This document shows, piece by piece, positions 24,401-34,830 of a stretch of 64,000 nt of DNA. The translations under genes and the position numbers were made by a program. The stretch's first letter is position 1. Each line of letters begins with the position of its first letter. Location: contig NC_087248.1 of the NCBI RefSeq assembly GCF_037042905.1, positions 18,476,001 to 18,540,000 on the forward strand. The letters run 5' to 3'. Under the pieces are notes generated by a model. It saw only the letters and a list, made by a program, of their open reading frames with translations, did not search any database and had not been told where the DNA came from. Origin of the DNA: Lytechinus pictus (taxonomy: Eukaryota).

Positions 24401-27400
24401 TTCATCACGAGGGTAGTTCCTTGCCACCGGTGTTGGCGGGACTACAACAAGCCAAGTTGGGATGAGGTGGATGTCTCCGAATGGGAATTCATCCATGCTC
24501 TCGATGCAGATTTGCACCTGAATGCCGAACACGATTCTCCGCTCCTGTGGTCGTCCATCAGCTCTGCAGATGCCCAGATGATCAGCACCAATACGGGTGA
24601 GCGAAGCAAGCTTTGCTGTGGACTCTCCTGTAGCTACCCAAGACTCCATGATGACATCCTGACAGGTGTCAACCTCAGGCACCTCAACCCAAGGCGAAAA
24701 GCTGCCCATGCACTCTATCGAAAGGATCGCATAGCGGCAGCGGCCAACATCCGTCTCTCTACCGATGGCGACATGACTCTACAGACGGAGATAGATGCTG
24801 ACCGAGAACATCCCCTGCCGCTGGAGACCTGCAGTGAGCTTGGTATTGAACCCGATGTCAGCAACGACATGATCGCCTTGGACACTGTCCTTAACAGCAC
24901 CATGTTGAGCTCCATCCATAAAAGTGGTGATGTGCCTCACGATATCTGCGTGTATGGGTTCCTTTTTGAAGAGCTTGTCCTGCAATCTATGAGGAATGAG
25001 TTTGTGGAGTGTCCCAATCACGGAAACATAGCCATCTCCGTCATTGCACCAGATGTTGTGAGTACACTGTACATGCAAGACTTGATGAATTCAGATAAAA
25101 TTTTGCAAAACCTGTGACTATATGTTAACATCCATTATTGGGATCTTTCACCTGTTTTTCTTTATTCTATACATGGTTCAAATGACATGCTGATTATCCA
25201 TTTGTAAAACATTTAGAAGTAAATTGATTTGCTAAAAAGGCCAAGATTCTGTCAATGCAACTGTTATTCCATTAATCGTGAGGAGAGAAGTTTCATTCTT
25301 CCCCTAAAATACAACTTTTGAATAGATCTGTGGATTTGACTTTTGACACTAAGAACAATGTATCCCTCCATTTTTCCTTTTATTTTCTTACTATTCATTT
25401 ATTTGTTATGACTGTGTATGTAGATGTATGCAGATCTTGGACCATCCCTCCTGACCGAAAAGTCGGCCTTGGACATCCAACGTCTGTTGGGCAGTGGGAC
25501 GTTCGGCCTGGTCTTCCAGGGGGTGATGGCCCGTGCCTCAGAGCACCGACGTCCCATCGCAGTCAAGATGCTCCAGCCCTACCCGCCAGGCCAAGGCGCC
25601 GGGAACACCGACAGGCGGCGCTACGACAACGACAACACCAAGTGGCACCGGGATCCGTTAAGGTTCTCCTGTGAGGCTTACAGAACAGCTCGCAAGGAAC
25701 TCTCCATCATCAATAACCTTGACCATCCACACATAGTTCCTTTCCTTGGGTTCTGTAGGCATCCGATGTGTCTGATCCTGGAGCTGGCGCCTCAAGGTGC
25801 ACTTGACACCAAGATGGAGAACTTCAAGCGTGTTGGAGCCAGGCTGACGCCTCACACCTTGCAAGAATTAGTTGTACAGGTATGTGTAGTTGAAGAATAG
25901 ATTACTTTAAGGTGCAGCTATGATTAAAACGTGGGCATTTATGTTTCAAGTTCATATTTGATGTATTACACTCATGTTTTCTTTCTCTGTCTCTCCCTCT
26001 CTCTCACTGTCCCCTACTCCTTTCCCACTCCTCTCCCGCTCCTATCTTTCTCTCTTTCCACATTGATTTAAGAATCACTAGTAAACAACTTGATCAATTG
26101 TAGACAGGAGTGAACAGATTTTATTAGAGGTAGAAATTTAAAATCATTAATTTTCAAAAGTCTCAGAGCAAACAAGGATCAAGAAAAAGCTGTATATCCT
26201 GTAGAGAAATCTTTCTTGGGAAAAGAAAGTCATGACAAAACTTATGTCATAACTGTAAAATAGAGCTATTTCTGAGCTTTCCTAAAAAAATAGTTGTGAA
26301 AAACAAGCTTTTAGTATGCCTGTATTAAATTCCTTTTGCTTTGCAGGTTTCCTCAGCCGTCGCTTATCTCCACAGCAAAGACATCATCTACCGTGACCTC
26401 AAGGCGGAGAATGTCCTTGTGTGGAAGTTCCCGGACCCATATAGTCCTAACCCTGCAGATCCTATCAAGATCAAACTGGCTGACTATGGCATCAGCGTGA
26501 CCGCACTGCCTTCAGGAACAAAGGGGTATGGTGGGACACCGGGATACATGGCCCCAGAGATTGTCCAATATGATGGCAAGGAAACCTACAATGAGAAGGT
26601 GAGTTGCCTTGAAATTGTGTTTCTGGGTCTCCTGGGTCTTCGGGAAAACTCCCTGAAAAGTTGAAGGGTTTAAGCAAAATTATGAATTTTCAGTGTCTCC
26701 CAGATTCTTATGTTGGCTACCACCATGGCAGTGTGTGTTCACAATCTTCAGGAAGACTGCCCAAAAATTTGAAAGAGTTTCATAATGTTAAAAACTACAA
26801 ATTCTAAGTCTCTCCCTGATTCTTACATGTGCATGTACATAGGTAACCATCATTGGATTGTGTTTCATTGGCAGGCATCTTCCTAATTTTCGGTGTAATT
26901 CATTTTGATAGGGTACATTTGTATATTAAATCTAGTTTGCAACTTTGCTTCTTAACCAGACTGGTTGATCCAACTTTTTCACCAGGTGTAGAAAATTAAT
27001 TACAGGAATATGCATCCTTGAAAAGTGATTTCGTACACTTTACTAGTTTCAGTATCATTTGTTTCTTATTGTTTGCTTCTAAAAGTAAGAAATCAAAAAT
27101 AAATCTATCCTTCCCCACCTTTCAGGTTGATTGTTTCTCCTTTGGAATGTTCATGTATGAGCTGATGTCTCTCCAGCGACCCTTCGAGTGTCTGGTCGGG
27201 AAGGATGTAGGTCGATTGTCAGAGGTTATCAAGCAACTCATCAAGGATGGCCAGAGGCCTGTGCTCTCAAGAAAGGTAGGATCTCATCATTAAAGCCTCT
27301 CTTAACCCTAATTCTCCCGGGGGGGGGGGGGCCATAATGGCCCCCCCCTCGACAATTTTCGCGATATATCTGCTGCGCGAAATTTTTTGACCTTGCCGCT

Positions 27401-30400
27401 CACTGACTTTTTGCTTTCAAGTCTTGCGCAAATTTTGAGACCAAATTTGTGACGCCCGGGTACGCGGTTACGACATTACGCAACATTATGTAAGTGCATG
27501 TCGGACCCAAAATTGCTCATAAACGTGATTTCATGTACAAATCCAATGCAAATTGTGTATTTAGCCAAAATTCATAAATGTATCATTATTTCTACTTTTA
27601 CTGATTAAACTTAATCAATTTTGCATTGTTTATGATCAGAATTAAGTCTGGAACGATTTTCATTGAAAAAACAATAAAAAACAAAAAGTAAAAAAACAAG
27701 GAAATACATAAGAAATTCATAAAACAATAAAATACATAAGAAATTTATTTCCAAACCGAAGTTTTTTTTAATTGTGATTGTTAAGAATGCTACAAAGAAT
27801 ATTTTTAACAAAAAGTAGCATTCTAGGAGCTTTATTTAGTGAATTAGAGCAAAAAGTATGATTTATGCATAAATTAGCATAATTAATTCATATAAAATAA
27901 AATTTCATTATTTTGGAAAATTTTACCATACAGCCTTGTAGATTACATCGCACACTACCAGCGTGCAAATTTTTACGTTGCTCGCGCGATTGGCGGCCGA
28001 GATCTTAAGGGGGGGCCATAATGGCCCCCCCCCCCCCGGGAATGACAAGAATCAAAATACCCCAGGAGATTTAGGGTTAAAGATAAATGCCAGTTTTGAT
28101 ATTGATCACAAAATGAATTTAAACAGAATCAAATAAAATTACCACAAATTGTTTATTTGTATGAGTAGAAAATATGTGCCAAATGATTCTGGAAGGATAT
28201 GTGTAATCTCAGAGAAATGAGCAAAATAAGCCTGGCATTCCAGCCGGATGTCCAGTCTTTTTTTATAAGCAATAATAATACACTGTCTGACATGTGCTCA
28301 TTTGTGTTGGCAGTTTTCAGTGATAGATTTCCAGCTAATTAAAATATCATGATTTTATAAAGTTTGGTTTATGTTAATGTACCAGACCTAGATCTGTGAT
28401 GATATTGTGACAATAAGTGTTTGTTGCAACAAATTTATTTTATTTTTCAATATTGTTAAATCCCCAAAAGTGTTTGACACTGTTTCAGCTCATTCCTGCA
28501 TCATATGAATGTGCATGTTCTAAAATTGTTTTGTTGTGGATGACATGACATACAATTGTGCGCTATATAAATCTTAAATCATTATACCAGTTCCAATCAT
28601 ATTTCTTAGAAAGAGGGTGTAGTGGTAGTTTATGTAACTGAATTTCTAGAAAATGTTCGGTTGATAGGATGCACATTGATATATCCTCTTTATTCTCTTT
28701 TCCAGGAGAAGTCCAACCCAACCTACATGCTGGACCTGCTGACCTGGTGCTGGGCCCAGGACTCCAGGGACCGCCCATCAATGGAACAGATCAAGGACAT
28801 CTCAAAGACAGCAGAGTTTGCCAACCTCCTGGAGGTGCTCTCTCTGGAGGAGAAGCCAGTCGTCTCTTGCGCCGTTGCCACCACAGCAGGATGTGGGTCG
28901 GAAGGAGGTGAGTCGGGTTCTGTCTTTGGCACATTCTCTCCTGCAGGACGATTGAACAGTTTGTCACATCAAAGGTCGGAGCCCTGTGACATAAAGCGTA
29001 GTAATTGATCTTGGGGCTAATTTCAACAATTGATCATACAAACTAGCAACAGTACTGCAATCAGTTGTACAAATCAGCTCCATGATTAATCTATAAGTTT
29101 TGTGTTTTCAGGGCCCACGTAGGTGTTTCATAAAGCTGTTCGTAAGTTGAAAGCGACTTTAAGAACGACAGGTGATCCTTTCTTGTGGTAAATGGTATAC
29201 ACCAAAATGTTCATTCGCTATGGTTTAGCACACAAAAAAGGTTCACTAGTCGCTCTTAACTTATGAACAGCTTTATGAAACGGCCCCCAAGATCAATTTC
29301 ATAGGGATATATCACTGAGCATGAGAAAAGGTAACCAGTCATGCATTAAGTCCTTCATATGTTATGAAATGCCCACCAGGTCTGTTATATTGTGACACTT
29401 AGATTTACTTCACTATGGCACCTCACGCTGGTGCACAGTGTATCTTTATTACGGGATGGCTAAGGAGCTTCTGAAAGGGATTGCACTTCAGGTTGGGGGC
29501 CTAATTACCAGTTACCTATGAAGTGTACTCAGTCATATCTGCTGTAAGGAAAAGGTTCCTTGGGACAGTTTGCCTGTCAAGACCATAAGTTTGATTTCCC
29601 TCAAGTTGTATTTCCCATCGAAACATGTTATTACAGGAGCCTCTTCACAAATACTGTTTTTCTTGAATTTATTAAGTGGTCCTATCCTATCTATTTCTTG
29701 TATACCTTGGGTGGTCTTTACATGTACGGTGGTGCTCAATAGTTAGTGAACCCCTTCAGAAATTTAACATATTCAAAGTGTTCAAGTTCTGCCATGTTTT
29801 AGACATTTAATTGTGAAGTCAGGTGATAAAATATCACATTCAATAAAGTTTGTTTCTCTGGGCTCGCCAAACATTGTGATGTCGCAATCTATATCAAACA
29901 CTCAGCATGAAGGAGTTCACAAACTTACTGTATTAAATTCTTGTATAATCTTTAAAATTTTGTTCCTCAAACTCTTTAGACGGTCCGGACACCTCGTCCA
30001 GTCTGCCGGTCATCTGGATGACCCAGACCATGGAAGAGGATCAGTCGTCATCGGTGGTCATCCTCAACATTGACCGCACCCCTAGCGACGACACCACCTG
30101 CTTCAACCTGACCGTCTCCGGAGGCACTGTCCGCTGCGTGTGTTCTGTGGCTGATACGATGTGGCTTGGTCTGAATTCAGGCTCTATCGTTGTATATGAG
30201 TAAGTGACAACAGGTTGATTTGCTCATTAGATGCTTTCACACATACCTGCTAATGAAAATTACCTGGTATATTTGCTGGTGTGAAAGACTACTTAATAAA
30301 TAAATAAATAATACAAAATAAATATCTGCAAAGTAGTCATTACTGTTTAATGAGCATTGATTTAACACGTCATGTCTGTTCTAGGATGAATCCACCAGAG

Positions 30401-33400
30401 TTTTGACGAAGGGTCTGTACGGAAGGCTCCATGACATTTTGCTCTGCTCTAAATTCCACACACTAAATCGAATGACCAACTTCAATCAGGGTTTAACACT
30501 CTACCCTACCCCAAACCTAACATAAAACCCTATTGCAACCCAAAACCTAATCCTACATCTTAGACAAAATTAAGCCCGGAGCAATTGTCGCAGGAGCAAA
30601 TGTCATGTCGCCTTCCGGAGACCCTCCGAGTGTCTGTAAAAGGCCATGGATTTGTAGGTTTTAGAATCCTCTATTTACGATATTAGAATAATTTTGATAA
30701 TAGATAAGGTGTCTTTGAATAAGCTGTTGATTAGATGTGTCCTCCATGAAAACTTGCACCTCACGGAGCTCTCCTCCGTGAGTGATGTGTTGTAGGAGAA
30801 ATGTTCATGATAGCATTGTATCCTTGGTATCTGATTTGGTATGGTCTAAACCAGTTGAACAGAGGCAAAAACATCTTGATGATGTCCCTGCCACATACAC
30901 AAGAAGAAATCTGAGCTTTCATATTATACTTTGAATAAAATAACCACAACCTAACCTAATTTTTTTCCCATTATGGCAAGCAGACATTCTTCCCTTTTTG
31001 GGGGGGCGGGGACTTACAGTCTATACTATCATGAACAAACCAGAAATATCTTCATCATTGTACTTTTTCATTCACCCTTGTTTTAACCAGGAACGGAAGG
31101 TTCTCGTACCCCAACGAAATCGCACGCCTCTCTCTTCCACAGTACAAGAGCAAGCCGCGCTCCCCGTGCTGCATGGTACACATACCCCCTCTCCAGCTGG
31201 TTGCCATAGCAGCAGATCACGAGGTCGCCTTCAGGCAAGAAGACGGGAACGGGGCGCCCTCAGCGGACCCGGACGGCTTCCACTATGTCGATGTGCAGAG
31301 AGAGATCATATCCATGGCCATCGTCCTGAAGAAGAATGGAAGTAAAAGGTAATGATTGAAAGTTTTAATGTTTAGATGGTTATTCGGTACTCCAATGATT
31401 GTTTGATCCCAGAGGCACGAGTGTTAATCCTGGGTGGAGGTGGGGGGAGGATCACCTCAATTTGGGGGAATGCCCCCCCCCCCCATCGATTTTGAATGTT
31501 GATTTTTTTTTTTTCAAAGAATTTTGGATGGATTTTAGATGAATATGATATAAATAACTTGAAACGAACAAGGGAGATCTGCGCCGTAGTACAAAGTTGA
31601 TCTTGACACATTGTCTAAATGTTTCTGTCCACTTGTTAAGTGTAATTGATGCCACTGCCCATGAAAGTATGTACATGTATGTCTGACCCCCTGTATGCAC
31701 GCCCTTCCTAAAATCATTTGTTTCCGCTTTGTGTTTCGTATGAAAAATTGCATACCCTCAAACTATTAGGGCTTGAGTATTTAGTAAAGTAAGAATGGAG
31801 AAATAGGGGGTCAGACGTACAAAAATTTTATTATAATTGTCTCGCCTGCGTAGTGGAAGCAGGACATAGGCGCTGTTTCTCTGTCATCCAAAATTTTCAC
31901 CTCAGGCACATCCTGGATATATGCAAGCTAAAGGATTTTTTTTAATTGTGAACTTGACTACTTCTGATTATCAACCTGTTCCAATCTTTGTTTCTTGCTT
32001 CCTCAGGTCCTACGAGCTATGGTGCGGCCAGACCGATGGGTACGTGACCATCCTGAATGCCGGCAACCTGACCACTCAGCAGGTCGTCCTCTGCCATCTT
32101 GACGAACCCCTCACGTTGGCACCGGTCACTCAGATGGTGACCTATGACCTTGCCATCCAGGAACAGATGGGTCTCCAGCACGTCTGGTCGTACGTCCAGC
32201 CAGGTGGGTGTGGCCTCTTGGGGGTGTGGCTTCTGGGGGGTGTTGCATGGGTGACACGACATTTGCTCTGGTCTTAATATCTCAGAGGGCATAGGGTTAG
32301 AATTGCATGAATGTATTGTGAAACACACAAATTGAGTCAAATAGTAATGTGGATTTAAGTTTTACATCATTTCACAGCTTAGGATCCACTTTTTAAAACA
32401 ATTTAGAAAACTTAGATTTCGGTTTTCACCAATTGTGGATTTCGTGCTGGGCATTCACAAATTTTAAATGTAGTGGTATGTTTACCCCCGCCCTCTTCAC
32501 CAATGGTAATTATTTGCTCATTTTATTTCTCCAGGCCCAGTAGTGTACAAGTGGAACACGGAAACGAAAGCAATAGAGGGCAGGCTTGACTTTGTTGCGA
32601 CGGTCTCAACTTGTAGATCCAACCCCCGACCAAGAGGCAGACAAAGTCATCGACCAATGAGTGGTAAGTCACTTGCAGGTCAATTTTAGGACCCAAAATC
32701 AAGCGTAAATCTTGCAATTGATTGACGTTTTATAGTTACTTTACAAGTGAGTTGTTTAGGTGTAGGAATTTGATGAAAAACAAAGTATTCTCATCTTGTA
32801 ATCATGTTAAAATAGGATTATGTTACATCAGATCGAATGTTGAAAAGTGAATTTCTAATTAATTGATGGTCTGATTCTTGCGTCAGATAATTGATCAAAT
32901 TAATTTCAAATTTGTAAATTAAATGTGTGATCAATTGCAAATAATTTTCTTGCAACATCCAGTAATAATTCTGATTTTTGCATACAATGCCATGCAGTAT
33001 TAGAAATGAAATAAATATAAATGAATTGAATTGAAAGAAATGAATAGATATTTCACTATGGTTTGAATTATGATTGAAGAGTTCAGTAACAGTAGAGGGT
33101 GAATGTTCAGTGTTTAGTAACTCCTACATATTAAACAAGATCATGATTTTATCCCTTTACTTATCTTGACCCTGCATGGCCCAACCATATCGCTTTGATC
33201 CTGCAAATATTAGAGTAGTGACAGTATGATGTAGGGTGTCTGTCATTTCTTGTTGTAGCTCTAAAGGACCAACACCTGAACATTTTAGCCAGCGTATACC
33301 AAGGGACATAGCCTATGGCAAGCAGTTTTTCTTCATCACACTTTGTTGACATCAATAATTTCTCTTTCTCAGCAACAGAAAATGATTTCTTCATATAAAG

Positions 33401-34084
33401 AATTTGAAATCTTGAAATATTGTGTGATCAAAATGTGATTCTTGACATAAGAAATGGAATGTTTGATAGGATTAAAGGAGAAATGACTTGCCACACATAG
33501 CGTACATTGGCCTGCACTGGATATTATGGCGAGGTGTTACAGCCCTTTTACTAACCTTGTTATACATGTAAATAATCACCTTTCATAATCTACGATTTGT
33601 TCTCTTTTTTCCTCCAGCCTTCCGCTCCCAGGTGAACTCCATGTGCCTTAGCGGTGAGTACCTTTACATCGGAATATCCTGCGGCCATCTCCTTGTCCTT
33701 GATGCATCCACCCTGGCCCCAGCCATCCTGCTCTCCTGTCACGAGGGTCCTGTCAAGTTCGTCATTCCCGTAGCGCCCTTTCATCATCACCACCTGGTGC
33801 CAGACCTCCCGGATTCATCATCCATCATCCCAGATCATCAGTCGGAGGCAGCCGTAGCGCATCGGTTCAGGTTCAGCCGCCCAACCTTGGTCACCCTCGG
33901 GAAGGGCTTCAACGATCTGGTGGGCGGATACGGGAATTCGCCGTCCCGCTTCACCGGCCAGGAGAGGCTGGGTTGGTACATTCTTCTCTGGAACATGGAG
34001 TACTTCAGTGAGGATCGTCTGGAGGTTGGAACCGATTTCCTGGATGGCATCGTGAGGAAGAAATCAAGGAGTACAGAGGTATGA
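4982..34084 (+). CDS. LRRK-family ROCO serine/threonine kinase (LRRK1-like / invertebrate Lrrk-type), 5'-partial, 23 exons joined
   Basis: All 22 internal introns are GT-AG with matching phases; exons total 8323 nt ending in TGA at 34082-34084. Domain order is ANK, LRR, ROC (GKAGIGKT, STVG, WDFGG, THYD), COR (DPQWLC, YIPSGFW), kinase (GSGTFG, AVK, YRDLK, DYG, APE), WD40-like tail. Confidence 0.95.
6090..6705 (-). mobile_element. 5'-truncated LINE (Rex1/L2-like), ORF2 C-terminus plus 3' tail
   Basis: SHPLNHYY...RLR..PTRLSRFRNSFIPDSIHKFN motif; on the minus strand AATAAA is followed by a (atcttgtat)n tail. Confidence 0.75.
7676..7845. mobile_element. Harbinger-like MITE
   Basis: ctg|ggggccgtttcataaagct...agctttatgaaacacccac|ctg, with a 3-bp CTG target duplication. 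Confidence 0.8.
8354..8396 (+). ncRNA. Minimal type-I hammerhead ribozyme-like motif (Penelope-type)
   Basis: cttcg-CTGAGGA-ag-gctgc(ggttg)gtagc-GAAA-aattt-tgagg; stem I and stem II are pairable and stem III is a short palindrome. Confidence 0.4.
8590..8721 (+). CDS. LRRK exon: ankyrin repeat
   Basis: tttcag|AGG ... TCG|gtaagg; LPLHAAAKEGYPALVKLLL; 44 codons. Confidence 0.92.
9731..12133 (+). CDS. LRRK giant exon (2403 nt): ankyrin repeats plus LRRs with Ser-rich inserts
   Basis: caccag|AGC ... AAT|gtatgt; GQTALYLAC, GQTPLHSAV, multiple LxxLxLxxNxL repeats; 801 codons. Confidence 0.95.
12428..12492. repeat. (GAT)n microsatellite
   Basis: Direct reading; intronic. Confidence 0.95.
12642..12800 (+). 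CDS. LRRK exon: LRR
   Basis: ttttag|ATT ... AAG|gttaga; LFPSLNVLMLSNNLLSEIPADVQYLTKL (not in the ORF track; translated by hand). Confidence 0.9.
13171..13375 (+). mobile_element. SINE remnant
   Basis: cgacctaggggaggtgaatgggtacc core and a gcgctttg...(att)n tail; a related inverted copy lies at ~36480-36660. Confidence 0.5.
13395..13561 (+). CDS. LRRK exon: last LRR and LRR-ROC linker
   Basis: cttag|GTG ... GA|gtaagt; VDGNVNITTLPPEMGRLKCL...DVLGYLRSIL. Confidence 0.92.
13790..13930 (-). mobile_element. SINE fragment (MetaSINE-like core)
   Basis: Minus strand reads ggcgttaaatggaggacccgtg...gcatgttaagaacccac, resembling a core I recall from marine invertebrate SINEs. Confidence 0.4.
14791..14911 (+). 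CDS. LRRK exon: ROC P-loop
   Basis: tcatag|T ... GGG|gtaagt; RMKLMFVGKAGIGKTTLL. Confidence 0.95.
15486..15644 (+). CDS. LRRK exon: ROC switch I/II
   Basis: cttag|ACC ... CAG|gtgaga; LSTVGVDVCEW...FSTWDFGGQ. Confidence 0.95.
15872..16125. repeat. Interleaved local duplications
   Basis: ggttaatgtgcctttgctcatgcagggccgaccctgtg x2 and cctgtatagtggtgctttttgacagacaacccatctatgtattg x2. Confidence 0.85.
16510..16632 (+). CDS. LRRK exon: ROC
   Basis: tttcag|CAA ... CAG|gttggt; QEFYATHQYFLTKRSLYLVVF...WLVNIQ. Confidence 0.95.
17070..17328 (+). CDS. LRRK exon: ROC G4/G5
   Basis: caccag|GCG ... G|gtgagt; ARAPNSPVIIVGTHYD...EVSC. Confidence 0.95.
17650..18144 (+). mobile_element. Decayed LINE 3' end
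   Basis: aataa followed by an (atcttga)3 tail, preceded by AT-rich 3' UTR-like sequence. Confidence 0.45.
18197..18332 (+). CDS. LRRK exon: COR-A start
   Basis: ccacag|AG ... AA|gtacgt; LLMQRVPTSYLALEKAV. Confidence 0.93.
18597..20061. mobile_element. Non-autonomous DNA transposon with 8-bp TSD (P- or hAT-like)
   Basis: TIRs caacgaacgtagagggcagcaacac / gtgttgctgccctctacgttcgttg; flanks gtttgggc / gtttagac; second inverted block at 18945-18985 vs 19965-20000. Confidence 0.8.
20339..20433 (+). CDS. LRRK exon: COR-A
   Basis: tccag|G ... G|gtaccc; FHDKEELLQATRFLHNN. Confidence 0.92.
20795..20968. other. Assembly gap (N)
   Basis: Run of N inside an intron; flanking exon phases match. Confidence 1.
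21053..21175 (+). CDS. LRRK exon: COR-A
   Basis: taccag|GT ... G|gtacag; GILLHYEDSMLNDYFFLDPQWLCDTLAKVVT. Confidence 0.94.
21708..21904 (+). CDS. LRRK exon: COR-A end
   Basis: gtgcag|GT ... AGG|gtaagg; SLLNKFEVAVTYDPKHLLIPSRLP. Confidence 0.93.
22056..22469. mobile_element. MITE with ~45-bp TIRs
   Basis: tggattcacaata...gccatctataggctgcagcga / tcgctgcaaccgatagatggc...tattgtgaatcca. Confidence 0.7.
23285..25057 (+). CDS. LRRK large exon (1773 nt): Ser/Pro insert plus COR-B
   Basis: ttgcag|GTT ... GTT|gtgagt; IRRLYILQYIPSGFWSHLISRLL, WQSGI, IDTLIENFYP, PCHRC...CPNHG. Confidence 0.94.
25424..25879 (+). CDS. LRRK exon: kinase N-lobe
   Basis: tgtag|ATG ... CAG|gtatgt; LGSGTFGLV, IAVKM, RKE, HPHIV, LELAP. 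Confidence 0.94.
26347..26598 (+). CDS. LRRK exon: kinase catalytic and activation loops
   Basis: ttgcag|GTT ... AAG|gtgagt; IYRDLKAENVL, LADYGIS, GTPGYMAPE. Confidence 0.96.
27126..27275 (+). CDS. LRRK exon: kinase C-lobe
   Basis: tttcag|GTT ... AAG|gtagga; VDCFSFGMFMYELMSLQRPF. Confidence 0.95.
27306..28076. mobile_element. piggyBac-type non-autonomous element
   Basis: TTAA|ccctaattctcc...ggagatttaggg|TTAA; subterminal palindrome ggggccataatggcccc near both ends. Confidence 0.9.
28706..28907 (+). CDS. LRRK exon: kinase end
   Basis: ttccag|GAG ... G|gtgagt; LLTWCWAQDSRDRPS. Confidence 0.94.
29119..29288. mobile_element. Harbinger-like MITE copy
   Basis: Closely matches 4484-4653. Confidence 0.8.
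29727..29915. mobile_element. Truncated copy of the Tc1-type MITE at 4679
   Basis: TA|cggtggtgctcaatagttagtgaacccc...cagcatgaaggagt. Confidence 0.8.
29980..30199 (+). CDS. LRRK exon: WD40-like region
   Basis: tttag|AC ... GA|gtaagt; VRCVCSVADTMWLGLNSGSIVVY. Confidence 0.9.
30425..30612. mobile_element. Short interspersed element with telomere-like (CCCTAA) core
   Basis: Terminal inverted repeat atgacattttgctc / gagcaaatgtcat; second copy at ~38187-38398. Confidence 0.7.
31091..31348 (+). CDS. LRRK exon: WD40-like region
   Basis: aaccag|G ... AG|gtaatg; open in phase (NGRFSYPNEIARL...IISMAIV); coding-like GC content. Confidence 0.85.
32007..32203 (+). CDS. LRRK exon: WD40-like region
   Basis: cctcag|G ... 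G|gtgggt; YELWCGQTDGYVTIL...VWSYVQP. Confidence 0.9.
32535..32663 (+). CDS. LRRK exon: WD40-like region
   Basis: ctccag|GC ... G|gtaagt; GPVVYKWNTETKAIEGRLD. Confidence 0.88.
33618..34084 (+). CDS. LRRK terminal coding exon
   Basis: ctccag|CC; YLYIGISCGHLLVLD...LGKGF...ILLW; ends in tandem TGA TGA. Confidence 0.92.
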
Positions 34085-34344
34085 TGACCTGGTCTAGCAC
34101 TACGGTTCTGCTGCTTCAGAATGTGAGAACTTCCAATAATTTCTAAGAATAGGGATCCCTTCTTTCAGGACCTTCTAGAAGTGAGAATTTCCTGGAAGGG
34201 TCATTAGGGAGAACTTATTTTGTTGGCATAGTCTGGAACCATAGTGTTTTCCAGCCCAATGCTCAGATAAGAAGCATTACCATTTTCCATCTTCCTGTGA
34301 ATGAAGAGGCTTACAGAGATGCGACACCTCAAGGAATATCCAGC

Positions 34345-34830
34345 CTTACCAGCCATCCTCAAACAATGAGGTCTCTTATACCCTCCTTTAGATGGTAGAA
34401 CATAGTCTTTGATGATGATTTTCTGTGTCAGCCAGCCGCAGGATTGCTTGTTCTAGAACACCTGAGTGAAGAGCTTCTTAAGGAATATATATCAATACCA
34501 GCTGTCCTCAAGGAATGAGATCTTCCTTTAGAAGGAGGAACGGAGTAATTGATGAGGATCACCTGTGTCAGGCAGCAGTTTTGCTTGGTAAAGAAGAACT
34601 GAGTGCAAAGGTGTGAAAATCTTGTCAAGAACCAGGTATTCTTACCAGCTGTCCTTAAGAAATATGTTCATATACACCTCCAGTATATAGCAAGCAGAAC
34701 ATTGTCTTTGATGAGAATCTCCTCTGGCCGACAGCTCAATTGCTTGGACAAGAAGAAATGTGTAGTACAAATGTGTTGCAACCTTCTTGAGGAATATGTC
34801 ATGTTACCAGCATTCCTCAAGGGATATGAC
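34345..34830 (+). repeat. Diverged ~150-bp tandem repeat in the 3' UTR
   Basis: taccagc..tcctcaag / tttgatga / ttgcttg motifs recur at ~34346, 34496, 34643 and 34805. Confidence 0.7.

Noticed and set aside
34082-34090. Stop-codon read-through of LRRK
   Set aside because: Two consecutive TGA codons.
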